Shown: positions 47,144 through 56,525 of the stretch, one piece after another
Numbering within the stretch: position 1 is the first letter of the stretch
Layout of the letters: each line of letters starts with the position of its first letter
Source of the DNA: Thermoplasmata archaeon
Lineage (GTDB): Archaea > Thermoplasmatota > Thermoplasmata > Lutacidiplasmatales > UBA184
Length of the DNA: 64,000 nt
Reading direction: 5' to 3'
Assembly: GCA_022749845.1 (NCBI GenBank)
Contig: JAKIWX010000001.1
Span: forward strand, 12,387-76,386
Position numbers and translations under genes: made by a program
The notes under the pieces: model-generated
What the model was told of the DNA's origin: nothing
Seen by the model: the letters and a program-made list of their open reading frames with translations, nothing else
Databases searched by the model: none

Positions 47144-48511
47144 ATGACGAGCGAACCGTCGGCCATCAGATCCGCCCTCCCGCTAGCTCGCGTGGAGTCC
47201 TCTTCGGAGCTGAGCGCCCGGCTGCGGGCCGCGCTCGAGGCCGGCCCGGCGCAGCGATCGGTGTGGGTCACAGACCTTGTCGACCCGCGGATCGCCTACT
47301 TTCGGAGCATCGCCCCGGTAGAGCCAACGGCGGACGTCGTCGCGCGTCGGGAGAGCGGGCGCGTCGTGCACGACCGGGTCGAACGCCTCTTGGCGGGGCC
47401 CGAGCACCGAGAGCTTCGTGTGGGCCAGGACGGCATCATCGGGCGGATCGACCTGCTGTTCGACCGGCCCACCGAACTCAAGTCCACCGCCAAGCTTCCG
47501 GAGGTGGATCGGCTCGCCGAGAGCCGCCCAAGCTTCATCGAGCAACTGGGGGCGTACTGCGCGCTCCTCGGCCGCCCGGGTGGGCGGCTCCTGCTCGTCC
47601 AGACCCAAGAGGGAGCTCCCGCCAGCGTACGCGCCGTCGACTGCGAGTTCACGGACCTCCCCGGATTGCGTGCCTCCCTCCTCGAGTCGGCGGACCGGCT
47701 GAGAGCGGCGCTCGCCCGTCGGGATCCGACGGGCCTTCCGCGCTGCGCCTGGTTCCACCGCGGCTGCGAATTCGAGGAGGCACGGATCTGCCCGTGCAAC
47801 GGTAGCGAGCCTCTCCCGGCTGCCCCCGCCCGCGAGAGGCTCCTACGACTCGAGGCCAACGCAGCGGTCGCGGAGGAGGTCGAGGCGCGCCTGCGGGCGC
47901 CGTCGCCGGTACTCGCCGAGGAACCGGTGCGGACCTTCTCGGAGCTTCTGTACCCCCGCCAGACCTATTTCGAGCGGATCGAGGCGCCGAGACAGCCGAC
48001 CGCTCGGTTCCCGGGCACCGACCTCTGGCGGCGGGTGCGCGATGCGATGGAGGCTGCCCTGGGCGCGGACCTCGAGGACCGCCGAGGGGCTTCGGGAGAG
48101 CCCGCGGAGGCGGTGAGTTGCTACCTTGGCGAGCCGCTCTTGGTCAAGACTAGCCGCGCCCGGTTCCGGACACCGCCCGAGCTCCTGCCGAACCGCATGC
48201 CGCACTACTTCGTCGAGCTGGGACTCCGCGCGGGCGCGCTCGGCACGGACGGGGGTTGGATCGTTCTCGCCTACGAGTTCCCCGAGTCGGGGACCGGCCC
48301 GGTGGAGATGCTGCGGGTCCGGTTCCCCGCTCCCGCCGAGCTTGGGACGCACCTTCGAGAGTTGTGCGAGCAGTTCCACGAGGCGTTGCGACGCCACGAT
48401 CCATCCGAGCTTCCACCGTGTCCCGAGTGGAAGTTCGTCGACTGCCCGTACCGGGAGCTGTGCGGCGAACCCGCCGGGTCCCCTACCGCGGCTTCCGCCA
48501 CCGGAAGATGA
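47144..48511 (+). CDS. tandem Cas4-like / PD-(D/E)XK protein (two domains)
   Basis: Domain 1: VTDLVDPR..YF, G..VH, GRID, ELKST, QLGAY, C-terminal Cys cluster. Domain 2: SELLYPR..YF, LVKTS, CPEW…CPYRELC. Confidence 0.72.
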   Translation: MTSEPSAIRSALPLARVESSSELSARLRAALEAGPAQRSVWVTDLVDPRIAYFRSIAPVEPTADVVARRESGRVVHDRVERLLAGPEHRELRVGQDGIIGRIDLLFDRPTELKSTAKLPEVDRLAESRPSFIEQLGAYCALLGRPGGRLLLVQTQEGAPASVRAVDCEFTDLPGLRASLLESADRLRAALARRDPTGLPRCAWFHRGCEFEEARICPCNGSEPLPAAPARERLLRLEANAAVAEEVEARLRAPSPVLAEEPVRTFSELLYPRQTYFERIEAPRQPTARFPGTDLWRRVRDAMEAALGADLEDRRGASGEPAEAVSCYLGEPLLVKTSRARFRTPPELLPNRMPHYFVELGLRAGALGTDGGWIVLAYEFPESGTGPVEMLRVRFPAPAELGTHLRELCEQFHEALRRHDPSELPPCPEWKFVDCPYRELCGEPAGSPTAASATGR

Positions 48512-49427
48512 ACGCCGTCCGCTCCCGCTCGAACCCTACGCGCCGGTAGAGCTCGCGCGCGGGGGTGTTCGAAGCGGTCACCCAGAGCCGGGCGGAGCCG
48601 TAGCCGAGGGCGAGCAGGGCCCGCAGCCCCTGCTGGAGCAGCGCGCCCGCGATGCCGCGACGCCGGTGGGCCGGGTCGACGGCGAGGTCCGCGAACACGC
48701 CCGCACGGGCGCTCTCCTCGGTCGTGAGCAGGAAGGCGACGAGCTCCTCCCCCCGCGCCACCGCCGCTGATGCCTCGGGTAGGAATCGCCCCAGCTCCCC
48801 CGAGAGGATCCGCTCGAGCACGCGGCGGTTCCCTTCGGGGGAGTCTGCGACGAGGGACTCATCTGCGCCCCCACGGAAAGCCCGTCGGTCGAGTGCGTCG
48901 AGAGCGTCGAGGGGAGCTGCCGAGATAGGCAGGAACTCGTACCCTGGGGGGAGCTCGGGGGTTCGCGGCGGCTCGTCGAGCTGGAGCGTGCGAAGCAGGC
49001 CGTGACGCTCGACCACCTCGAATCCCGGGGTCTGCGTGAGCGCGCCGCCGAGCTCCCGGTCCTCCACTTCCGAGAGACCAGTCGTGCCGAGGTCCGCACG
49101 AAGGATCGCGGGATCCATGTGGTGGAGGGCGTGGAGCGTGAGCCGGCGCGAGAGTGGGACGCGGGCTTCCTTTGCCTCGACGTGAAGGTGTCCGTAGGCC
49201 CGGTGCTCCCGACGGGAGAAGAGCACGAGCGCCACGGGACGGCCCGCCTCTTCCGCCACCCACCCGTCGAGCTCCCCCGTACGGAGCCGTTCCGCGGCGA
49301 TCTCGGGCCAGGCCGGGGCGAGCGGTTCCCCCCGCTCGGCGAGGAGCCGGCGCATGTGCGCGGTGAGCTCGACGAGGGTGAAGGCAGGTACCTCGCGGGC
49401 CGGGCGGAGGAGCGGCTCGACGAGCAC
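48483..49427 (-). CDS. GNAT family acetyltransferase (two-domain)
   Basis: LAVDPAHRRRGIAGALL, LWVTASNTPARELYRRVGF; GGAGG RBS before GTG 49427. Confidence 0.85.
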   Translation of the reverse strand: MLVEPLLRPAREVPAFTLVELTAHMRRLLAERGEPLAPAWPEIAAERLRTGELDGWVAEEAGRPVALVLFSRREHRAYGHLHVEAKEARVPLSRRLTLHALHHMDPAILRADLGTTGLSEVEDRELGGALTQTPGFEVVERHGLLRTLQLDEPPRTPELPPGYEFLPISAAPLDALDALDRRAFRGGADESLVADSPEGNRRVLERILSGELGRFLPEASAAVARGEELVAFLLTTEESARAGVFADLAVDPAHRRRGIAGALLQQGLRALLALGYGSARLWVTASNTPARELYRRVGFERERTAFIFRWRKPR

Positions 49428-49434
49428 AGCCCTC

Positions 49435-50313
49435 CTAGAGCGACGCGCATTCGCGCTGGAGGATCTGCGCGATGTCGGGGGCGACCGAGACTTTGTCCGC
49501 GGGATTGTCGAGGGTGTCGGTCGAGTAGATGTGGTCGGCGACGGCCTTGATCCGCTCGAAGGCGTCGCGCAGGAAGAGCCCGTGCGTGCAGGCCGCGAGG
49601 ATCGTCGATACCTTCTCTCGGTGAAGCAGCCGTGCGGCCTCGACGATCGTCCCTCCCGTCGAGATGACGTCGTCCAGGATGGCGACGCTCTTCCCTTCGA
49701 GCGTCGGCACGCCCGATGGCGGGAGCGTGAGCTCCACGTGGTCGCTGTCGATCCGCTTCTTCTCGAGCGCGATCCAGGGCTTGCCCAGCAGCTCGGCCAT
49801 GCGCCGGACCCGGGCGACCCCGCCTTTGTCGGGCGAAACGAGGAGGTCGAGCGGGCGTTCCCGGAGCACGCGGGCAATCGCCGGTACTCCGGTGGCCTCA
49901 AACACGGGCTTGTGGAAGCCGCGAAGCGTCTCGCTCGAATGGAGGTCGACCGTAACAACGGCGTCGGCGACGAGCTCGACGTGGCGGGCGAGCGTGCGCG
50001 CGCTCGCCGGCTCCCCCGGGAAGAACGGCCGGTCCTGTCGCGCGTACCCGAAGTACGGGATCACAACGAACAGGCGTCGCGCCCCCGCCTCACGGATAGC
50101 GTCCTCGAGGAGGAGGAGCTCCAGGATCTGCTCGTCGGTGCGGGTGGTTTGGACGAGCACCACGTCCTCGTCCGTGAACCTGCCCCCGACACGCACGTAG
50201 AGCTCCCCGTCCGGGAACCGCTTCAGGAAGGGGATCGCAAACGGTGCATTGCCCAGCTCGCGCGAGATTCGCTCCGCGAGCGAGGTCGAGGCGCTTCCTC
50301 CGATGACGTGCAA
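49435..50313 (-). CDS. prs: ribose-phosphate pyrophosphokinase
   Basis: RFPDGELYVR, PYFGYARQDR, VDLHS, SPDKGG, LDDVISTGGT. Start uncertain. Confidence 0.94.
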   Translation of the reverse strand: MHVIGGSASTSLAERISRELGNAPFAIPFLKRFPDGELYVRVGGRFTDEDVVLVQTTRTDEQILELLLLEDAIREAGARRLFVVIPYFGYARQDRPFFPGEPASARTLARHVELVADAVVTVDLHSSETLRGFHKPVFEATGVPAIARVLRERPLDLLVSPDKGGVARVRRMAELLGKPWIALEKKRIDSDHVELTLPPSGVPTLEGKSVAILDDVISTGGTIVEAARLLHREKVSTILAACTHGLFLRDAFERIKAVADHIYSTDTLDNPADKVSVAPDIAQILQRECASL

Positions 50314-50380
50314 CCGCTTGCCCGGCTCTGGGACGGGGGGCGGGGGAAAAAGGTTGCGCGCGCGCGACCCCGAGTCGGCC

Positions 50381-51931
50381 TTAGGAGGGGTTGCGAGGCT
50401 GTCCAAGATTGGGGTTCTCGGTCCCGGGCGCGGAGAACGGGAGCGCCTCCTCGAGCGTTCGTCGCAGGGCCGCGTCCTCCCGGGCGGGCGCTCCGTCCGT
50501 CGAGCCCGCAAGGTTCCTGCCCCGCAGCGCGGAGAACACCGCCGCTCCCGCCACGAAGAGCGCTGCGAGGAGGAACGCCGAATGCATCCCCGAGAGGAAC
50601 GTCGTATCGAGCGCCGTGGGGCTCAGGCCGAGGGACTCCGGGTTGAAGGTGCCTCCGAACAGCTGGGCACCTACGCCGGCCGGAAGCCGGCTCGTGAGCG
50701 CGAGGAGCGCCACGACGTAGCTCAAGGCTACGGCCGTGTTCCGGAACGTCATCATCGCGCCGGAGGCGACCCCGAAACGGTTTCGGGGGGCGCTCGACAT
50801 GATCGCGGCGGTGTTCGCCGGGAAGAACAGTCCGCCTCCCACCCCGAGGAGGCCCTCGTAGACCGCCACTTGCGAAAGCGGGGTCGAAGCGGAGAGTTGC
50901 GAGAGGAGGAGGAGCGCCGCCGCTTGCACCACGAGTCCGAGGGTCGAAAGGAACCTCGCTCCCCATCGGTCGGAGAGCCTACCGCCGATGGGTCCGACCA
51001 CCATCAACGCGACGAAGAGAGGAAGGAGAAGGTAGGAAGCGGTGAGCACCGAGACGTGCCGGATCCCCTGGAAGTAGATCATCAGGACGAAGTTCGTGGC
51101 AAAGAGAGCGAGCCCCTGCAGGACGGTCGCGAGGAGCGAGGCGCTGAAGCTCCAGCTCCGGAACAGCGAGAGGGGCAGAATGGGGTCCCGACTCACCTTG
51201 ACCTCCCACGCCACGAACCCCGCGAGGAGCGGGGCCGAGAGCAGGATGGGTCCGAGCGTCAGCGGCGCCGTCCAGCTCGACAGGATCCCCTGGGTGACGC
51301 CAAAGAGAAGAGAGATGAGTCCGGCCACGAACAGGAACGCCGCCGCAAAGTCGAACGTCTCCCTCGGGTCAGGCGTGACCGATTCCCGGAGCACGAGGAT
51401 CCCGATGGCGGTCGCAACGACCCCGATCGGGAGGTTGATCCAGAAGATCCAGCGCCAGGTGGTCACCGCGAGGATGAGCCCGCCGAGGGCGATCCCGAGC
51501 ACCGAGCCCGCACCCCAGACGATCGTGTTCACACCGAAAGCACGTCCACGCTCGGCGGGGGGAAAGGCGTCCGACACGATGGCGAACGAGTTCGCGATGA
51601 GCATCGCCCCCCCGACCCCCTGGACGGCCCGGAACACGACGAGCTCGAGCCCCGAGGCGGCGAAGCCGCAGAGCCCGCTCCCAAGGATGAATACGGCAAA
51701 GCCCGCCGTGTAGAGCCGCTTGCGCCCCTTCATGTCGGAGAGACGGCCCAAGGAGAGGACGAGCGCGGTCCCCATCACGAGGTAGATCATCAGGACCCAC
51801 ACCATCTCGACGAGGCTCGCCCCAAGCTCCCGGGCGACCGAGGGGAAGCCGATGACGAGCACCGTGGCGTCGATGGAGCCCATCAGGCTCCCGAGGTTCA
51901 CGATGGTGAGCGCCTTCCACTTGTACTCCAT
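50381..51931 (-). CDS. MFS transporter, DHA2 (14-TM) family
   Basis: GRLSDMKGRK motif A, FRAVQGVGG, WRWIFWINLPIG. Confidence 0.92.
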   Translation of the reverse strand: MEYKWKALTIVNLGSLMGSIDATVLVIGFPSVARELGASLVEMVWVLMIYLVMGTALVLSLGRLSDMKGRKRLYTAGFAVFILGSGLCGFAASGLELVVFRAVQGVGGAMLIANSFAIVSDAFPPAERGRAFGVNTIVWGAGSVLGIALGGLILAVTTWRWIFWINLPIGVVATAIGILVLRESVTPDPRETFDFAAAFLFVAGLISLLFGVTQGILSSWTAPLTLGPILLSAPLLAGFVAWEVKVSRDPILPLSLFRSWSFSASLLATVLQGLALFATNFVLMIYFQGIRHVSVLTASYLLLPLFVALMVVGPIGGRLSDRWGARFLSTLGLVVQAAALLLLSQLSASTPLSQVAVYEGLLGVGGGLFFPANTAAIMSSAPRNRFGVASGAMMTFRNTAVALSYVVALLALTSRLPAGVGAQLFGGTFNPESLGLSPTALDTTFLSGMHSAFLLAALFVAGAAVFSALRGRNLAGSTDGAPAREDAALRRTLEEALPFSAPGTENPNLGQPRNPS

Positions 51932-52210
51932 CTGTACGTGTAGGACCTGGGCCGTTCGCTTAACGGCGCGGGCCCTCGACCAGCCCCGGGGGGGTGGGAT
52001 AGGGACGGAGGAGGTCCGTAGCTCGCCCCGCTGTACGTATCAACGCGCATGGTCGACCGGTCGGCCGGCCCGACGGAAACTGACGTGGGGCCGGGATGCC
52101 TGTCGAACTCAAAGTCGTCATATGTCGTATCGTTCCACGGTAGGTTCAAATAGTCGAACTTGCCCCTCCGATTCCTTTGCGGGGCAGAGGCCCAGCAGAG
52201 GAAAACCACG

Positions 52211-52804
52211 ATGTGGAACGAGAAGGTTCGGAGTTGGAGAAAGAAGAACAAGCGCGGGGTATCCCCGATCATCGCTACGATTCTGCTCGTGGCGATCACC
52301 GTGGTGCTCGCAGCGGTGTTGTACATCCTGATCTCTGGGTTCACCAAGGGACCAGGCAACACTCCGCTCGGGACCGCCTTCGCGTACGGGTCGGCTTCGC
52401 AGACCTCTAACGGGCAGGCGCCGACCTTCTGCGCGGCGCAGGCCGCGATCAGCGACTGGTGCGACAACCTCCCGGTGGGCTCCGCCGGCGGCGGCATCAC
52501 CGCAGCCGCGTTGAGCTTCTCGATCCGCGATTCGGGCGGGAACATCGTCAGCACTACGAACGGCAAGCCTACCCAGATCATTCTGGAATCGGCGGGCGGG
52601 GCGACTCTCGGAACGTACTCGTTCACGACGGCCAGCTGGACGAGCGGCGGTACCACGGGTCTCTCGACCACCCAGACACTCGTGCTCGACGCGGGCTGTG
52701 CGATCTCGGGCGCCAACGTGTGCGCGACCCCCATCACGGGGCTCGTGCTTCTCGCGCTGGGCGTCGGGTCGTATTCCGGGTCGGTGCAGGTGACCTTGAT
52801 CTGA
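52211..52804 (+). CDS. archaeal type IV pilin (class III signal peptide), copy 1
   Basis: KKNKRG|VSPIIATILLVAITVVLAAVLY. Confidence 0.9.
   Translation: MWNEKVRSWRKKNKRGVSPIIATILLVAITVVLAAVLYILISGFTKGPGNTPLGTAFAYGSASQTSNGQAPTFCAAQAAISDWCDNLPVGSAGGGITAAALSFSIRDSGGNIVSTTNGKPTQIILESAGGATLGTYSFTTASWTSGGTTGLSTTQTLVLDAGCAISGANVCATPITGLVLLALGVGSYSGSVQVTLI
52241..52385 (+). repeat. direct repeat copy 1 (pilin 5' region)
   Basis: Near-identical to 52871-53015; the first ~40 nt are identical. Confidence 0.85.
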
Positions 52805-52840
52805 GCGTACCAGAAGGAAAACTTGGGAGGAAATCAAGAA

Positions 52841-53413
52841 ATGTGGAGTGAAAAGGCGCGGAGCTTCCGTAAGAAGAACAAGCGCGGGGTATCCCCGATC
52901 ATCGCTACGATCCTACTCGTGGCGATTACCGTGGTGCTCGCGGCGGTGTTGTACATCCTGATCTCCGGGTTCACGAAGGGACCCGGCAACACGCCGATCG
53001 GCACCGCGTTCGCGTGGGGTACGCCCCAGAAGACCACGGGAACCGCCGCGACCAACACCCTCGGAACCTGTGCGACCGGCGACCAGTGCTACAACATGCA
53101 GGTCGGGTCCGCGGGCGGCGGAATCACCGCGGCTGGGCTCAACTTCGTCGTGCGTGACGCGAGCGGCAACACGCTGAGCTACGCGGGCGCGAAGGTCACC
53201 CTGATCTCGAGCACGCCGACGGTCCTCGCCACCTACACGATCTCGACGGGCCTCTGGGCCGGCACCCCCTCCACGGGGCTGTCGACCACCCAGATCCTCG
53301 TGCTGGACATGGGGTGCACGCCGGCCGCGTGCGCGCCGAACCCTACGGGTGTCGTGATCGTGGCGCTCGGTGTTGGGTCGTACTCGGGTCAGACCACCGC
53401 GACGCTGACCTAG
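52841..53413 (+). CDS. archaeal type IV pilin (class III signal peptide), copy 2
   Basis: Identical KKNKRG|VSPIIATILL… helix; GGAGG RBS upstream. Confidence 0.9.
   Translation: MWSEKARSFRKKNKRGVSPIIATILLVAITVVLAAVLYILISGFTKGPGNTPIGTAFAWGTPQKTTGTAATNTLGTCATGDQCYNMQVGSAGGGITAAGLNFVVRDASGNTLSYAGAKVTLISSTPTVLATYTISTGLWAGTPSTGLSTTQILVLDMGCTPAACAPNPTGVVIVALGVGSYSGQTTATLT
52871..53015 (+). repeat. direct repeat copy 2 (pilin 5' region)
   Basis: Matches 52241-52385 with mostly synonymous differences. Confidence 0.85.
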
Positions 53414-53437
53414 GCGAGACTGGAGCACACGGCCAAC

Positions 53438-53469
53438 CCTTTCCTGCCTTTCTTTTTCTTCAATTCTTG
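53438..53469 (+). terminator. T-rich archaeal terminator after the pilin pair
   Basis: CCTTTCCTGCCTTTCTTTTTCTTCAATTCTT. Confidence 0.6.
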
Positions 53470-53536
53470 AGTGGCAGTACTGCTCCGCCGCCTGCGGAGC
53501 ACGCCCTCGGGACTGGCGGGGTCTCGCCCGTCGGCC

Positions 53537-54838
53537 CTACAGCGACTCGTCCTCGTCGTCCCGGGCTCGGCGGTTGTGGCCCCCACTGGTCTGTCGGTGC
53601 GCCGCCTCTCCTCGTCGCGTGTGCGGCTTCGGGCGGCCGCCGCGACGAGCGAGCCGCCGCGGATCTACGCGGACGGTGCGACCCCGATGGTGGGTCGGCG
53701 GGGTCGGCTCGTCGGACTCATCCTCCTCGTCCTTGGAGGAGAGATGGGCCCGTTCCAGGAGGCGTGCGAGGAGACCTACGTGCTCCTCGGTGGCGCTAGC
53801 ATCGTCGCCGGACCGCTCGGCCTCCCGCCGCTGCTCCAGGCGTCGTACCGCGAGATGGATGCCGAGCCCCGCGAGGACGATCCCGGCGAGGGAGAGGCCG
53901 AGGAATTGCCAAGACTGGCTCGGGACCATCGACGTGTCCCCTTGCAGGAGCAGCTTGAGGGCGCCGAACCACGGGATCATCCCGCGCGCCACCCCGAGCA
54001 CCCAGCCCGGCTCGACGAGGCTCGTGAGGGTGGGCTCGTCCGGATCGCCCGTCCCCGGATGTCCGGGCAGGTAGTTGTTGTCCCCCATCGTGACGAAGCC
54101 GGAGTGGCTGCCGAGGGTCCCGACGTCGACGGCCACCGTCACGCCCTGCCACCCCACGTTGTACAGGGTGAGCTGCCCGGCGATGCTCGAGGTCCCGCAC
54201 GTCGAGAGTGTGCTCGAGGTTCGATAGTAGGGGTGTGAGGTGGGGCTGCAGGGTAGCGGTGCGAGCTCGGGCGCGGCGTAGGTGTTGTTGAGCGGGTTCC
54301 ACTCGAGGAAGAGGAGGGCACGGTGGATGATCGGCGTCACCGAAGTGTCGCCGTTAGGGTAGTAGAGGAGGACGTCGCCGTACTCTCCGTACGTTTGGTA
54401 GCCGTTCTGCACCCCCACCATGTACGGCGTGATCTTGTTCGGGTCGATCTTCTGGGCGAGGACCAGGTCGCCCGTGTTGATGACGCCCAGCACGTCGTTC
54501 GAGCCGTGCTGCATGCTCTCCGATTCGATCACGTAGACCGGCGGCCAGTTCTGGGTGTACGCCCAGAGCGCCACGAGGAGAAGGACGAGGATCGCGAGCG
54601 CCACGAGCGGCTCGAACCAGAGGCTGTCGCGCGCCCGCCAGTACACAGGGCGCTTCGGGCCGCGGTGGAACCAACCACCCCCGCCCTCTCCGCCTTCCGT
54701 GCCGTCGGGAGACCACGGCGTGATGCCGGCCGCGGGTTCTCCCGGCCGTCGGCGATGACGCGACCGGCGAGGCGCGGGCTCCTCCTCCGCATCCTCTTCG
54801 GAGGGGTCCTCTTCCTCGTCGGAGCCCCGGCGAGCCAT
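53537..54838 (-). CDS. signal peptidase I (S26, archaeal/ER type)
   Basis: TM, then VIESESMQH (Ser), GDLV, PIIHRA (His), TMGDNN; charged terminal tails. Confidence 0.87.
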   Translation of the reverse strand: MARRGSDEEEDPSEEDAEEEPAPRRSRHRRRPGEPAAGITPWSPDGTEGGEGGGGWFHRGPKRPVYWRARDSLWFEPLVALAILVLLLVALWAYTQNWPPVYVIESESMQHGSNDVLGVINTGDLVLAQKIDPNKITPYMVGVQNGYQTYGEYGDVLLYYPNGDTSVTPIIHRALLFLEWNPLNNTYAAPELAPLPCSPTSHPYYRTSSTLSTCGTSSIAGQLTLYNVGWQGVTVAVDVGTLGSHSGFVTMGDNNYLPGHPGTGDPDEPTLTSLVEPGWVLGVARGMIPWFGALKLLLQGDTSMVPSQSWQFLGLSLAGIVLAGLGIHLAVRRLEQRREAERSGDDASATEEHVGLLARLLERAHLSSKDEEDESDEPTPPTHHRGRTVRVDPRRLARRGGRPKPHTRRGEAAHRQTSGGHNRRARDDEDESL

Positions 54839-54865
54839 GGCCCGCCGCGAGCCGCGGCCGGGCGC

Positions 54866-55603
54866 TTAACCCTTGGTCTCGACCTGAACGGGCGGCGTGG
54901 ACCGGAGGAGGAGCTCCACCGCCCCCCGCACGACGAGCAGGAACAGGAGGAACAGCGGCACGAGACCGAGGTCCCCGTACGGCCAGCTGAGCCCTGCGGC
55001 TTGCGCTCCCCAGAATGCAGCGAACGAGAAGAGCAGGGAGGTTCCGACGAGCTTGAGCGTCGGCACCTTCACCTTCCGGATCCGCTCGTGGACGAGGGCG
55101 GCCACCACGACGAGGAGGACGCCGGCCGCGAGCGCCCCGACGAGCGCCGAGGTGGCCTGCCCTCCGGCCGCGATCCCGAGGAGCACGATCACCGCCTCCA
55201 CGCTCTCCACCACGCCCACGGTGAAGCCGGAGGCGAATTGGAGCGAGCGGCCCGCGCCCCCCGACGCGTGCGCGGCGGCCGGAAGTCGGGCCCGTCGGTA
55301 GGACTTGAGCGTGCTTCGGAACAGGAACAAACCGAAGGCGGCGAGGACCACGGCCGAGCCCGCGAGAAGGTCTTTGGGAGGCAGCTGGATGAGGAGAGCG
55401 CCTGCGCCGAAGGCGATCACACCCACGACCGCCGTGCCGGCGATCGCCCCCCTCGCCCCGCTCTGGATGGAGCCGGAGTCCCCCCGGAGGGCGAAGACTA
55501 GGGCGACGACCTCCGTCATCTCCGTGAGGGTGATGATGAAGGCGAGCGCGAGCGAGGGCGCATCGAAGCTGAGCACGGGCCGGCGCCACACCGGCCCGTC
55601 CAT
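54866..55603 (-). CDS. membrane protein, COG4280 / GDT1-FTR1-like
   Basis: Two repeated TM halves with E..E motifs (TEMTEVV, VESVEAV). Confidence 0.7.
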   Translation of the reverse strand: MDGPVWRRPVLSFDAPSLALAFIITLTEMTEVVALVFALRGDSGSIQSGARGAIAGTAVVGVIAFGAGALLIQLPPKDLLAGSAVVLAAFGLFLFRSTLKSYRRARLPAAAHASGGAGRSLQFASGFTVGVVESVEAVIVLLGIAAGGQATSALVGALAAGVLLVVVAALVHERIRKVKVPTLKLVGTSLLFSFAAFWGAQAAGLSWPYGDLGLVPLFLLFLLVVRGAVELLLRSTPPVQVETKG

Positions 55604-55630
55604 TTAACGGCTGACCGGGGTACCCTCGGG

Positions 55631-56272
55631 TTGGGAGCTGTGCGGCTCAGGGACATCTCGATGCCGCTCGACCGCAGGACGCCGGTGTTTCCCGGCGACC
55701 CCTCGTTCCGGTCGAGCCGCGTGCTCAGCCTCGAAGGCGGTTCGCCCTACAACCTCAGCGAGCTCCGGCTGGGGTCCCACACCGGAACGCACGTCGACCC
55801 GCCTCTCCACTTCCTCCCGCGGGGGGCCGGGGTGGACCGGCTCGACCTGCTCACGCTGAACGGCCCTTGTTCCGTGCTCCAGCTTCCCGGGTCCACCCTG
55901 GAGATCGGTGCGGAAGAGCTCGCGAGGATCCCGTCCGGAACCGAGAGGCTGCTCCTACGGACCGGAAACTCCGAACGTTGGGCTGCGGGGGAGTCGTTCT
56001 TCCCCGATTTCGCCGCCCTCACACAGGGCGGGGCGGATGCCCTCCTCGCTCGAGGCGTGCGGTTCGTCGGGATCGACGCGCTTTCGGTCGAACGGGAGAG
56101 CGCGGAACGATTCCCGGTTCACCGCACGCTGTTGGGGGCGGGCGTGCCGATCCTCGAAGGACTTCGACTCGAGAGTACCCCCGAGGGAGAGTACGAACTC
56201 AGGTGCCTCCCCCTGAGAATCGTCGACGGAGACGGAGCGCCGTGCCGGGCGGTGCTCCTCTCCCCAGATTGA
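55631..56272 (+). CDS. cyclase family protein (kynurenine formamidase-like)
   Basis: FPGDP, HTGTHVDPPLHF, VGIDALS, H..LL…ILEGL, DGAPCRA. Confidence 0.9.
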   Translation: MGAVRLRDISMPLDRRTPVFPGDPSFRSSRVLSLEGGSPYNLSELRLGSHTGTHVDPPLHFLPRGAGVDRLDLLTLNGPCSVLQLPGSTLEIGAEELARIPSGTERLLLRTGNSERWAAGESFFPDFAALTQGGADALLARGVRFVGIDALSVERESAERFPVHRTLLGAGVPILEGLRLESTPEGEYELRCLPLRIVDGDGAPCRAVLLSPD

Positions 56273-56335
56273 GCGCGGACTAGGGCCGCGAACCGAGGGC
56301 CGGAGGATACGGGGGCTCCCCGTCGGTCGGGCAGC

Positions 56336-56521
56336 CTACGGGTCCCGGTCCTCGGGCGGCAGGAGGTTCGGAATGCCGTCGTCGATGGGAAAGACTGTCT
56401 TACACTTCGTGCACGTGAGCGTGCCGTCGACGATCTCCTCCCCGGTCTTCTTCCGGACCTCGAGCGCAAGGTCCGCGTGGTCCAGCGGGCAGCAGAGGAG
56501 CTCCATCAGGTCCGGTCGCAC
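56336..56521 (-). CDS. trm112: Trm112-like methyltransferase activator
   Basis: LMELLCCP…GTLTCTKC…FPIDDGIPNLLP. Confidence 0.88.
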   Translation of the reverse strand: MRPDLMELLCCPLDHADLALEVRKKTGEEIVDGTLTCTKCKTVFPIDDGIPNLLPPEDRDP

Positions 56522-56525
56522 GGTC

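Noticed and set aside
36260-48511. Possible CRISPR-Cas locus suggested by two Cas4/RecB-like nucleases
   Set aside because: No repeat-spacer array and no cas1, cas2 or effector genes seen; both nucleases sit among housekeeping genes.
52211-53413. Archaellin genes or a diversity-generating retroelement
   Set aside because: No arl/fla accessory cluster and no reverse transcriptase; differences between the copies are not adenine-specific.
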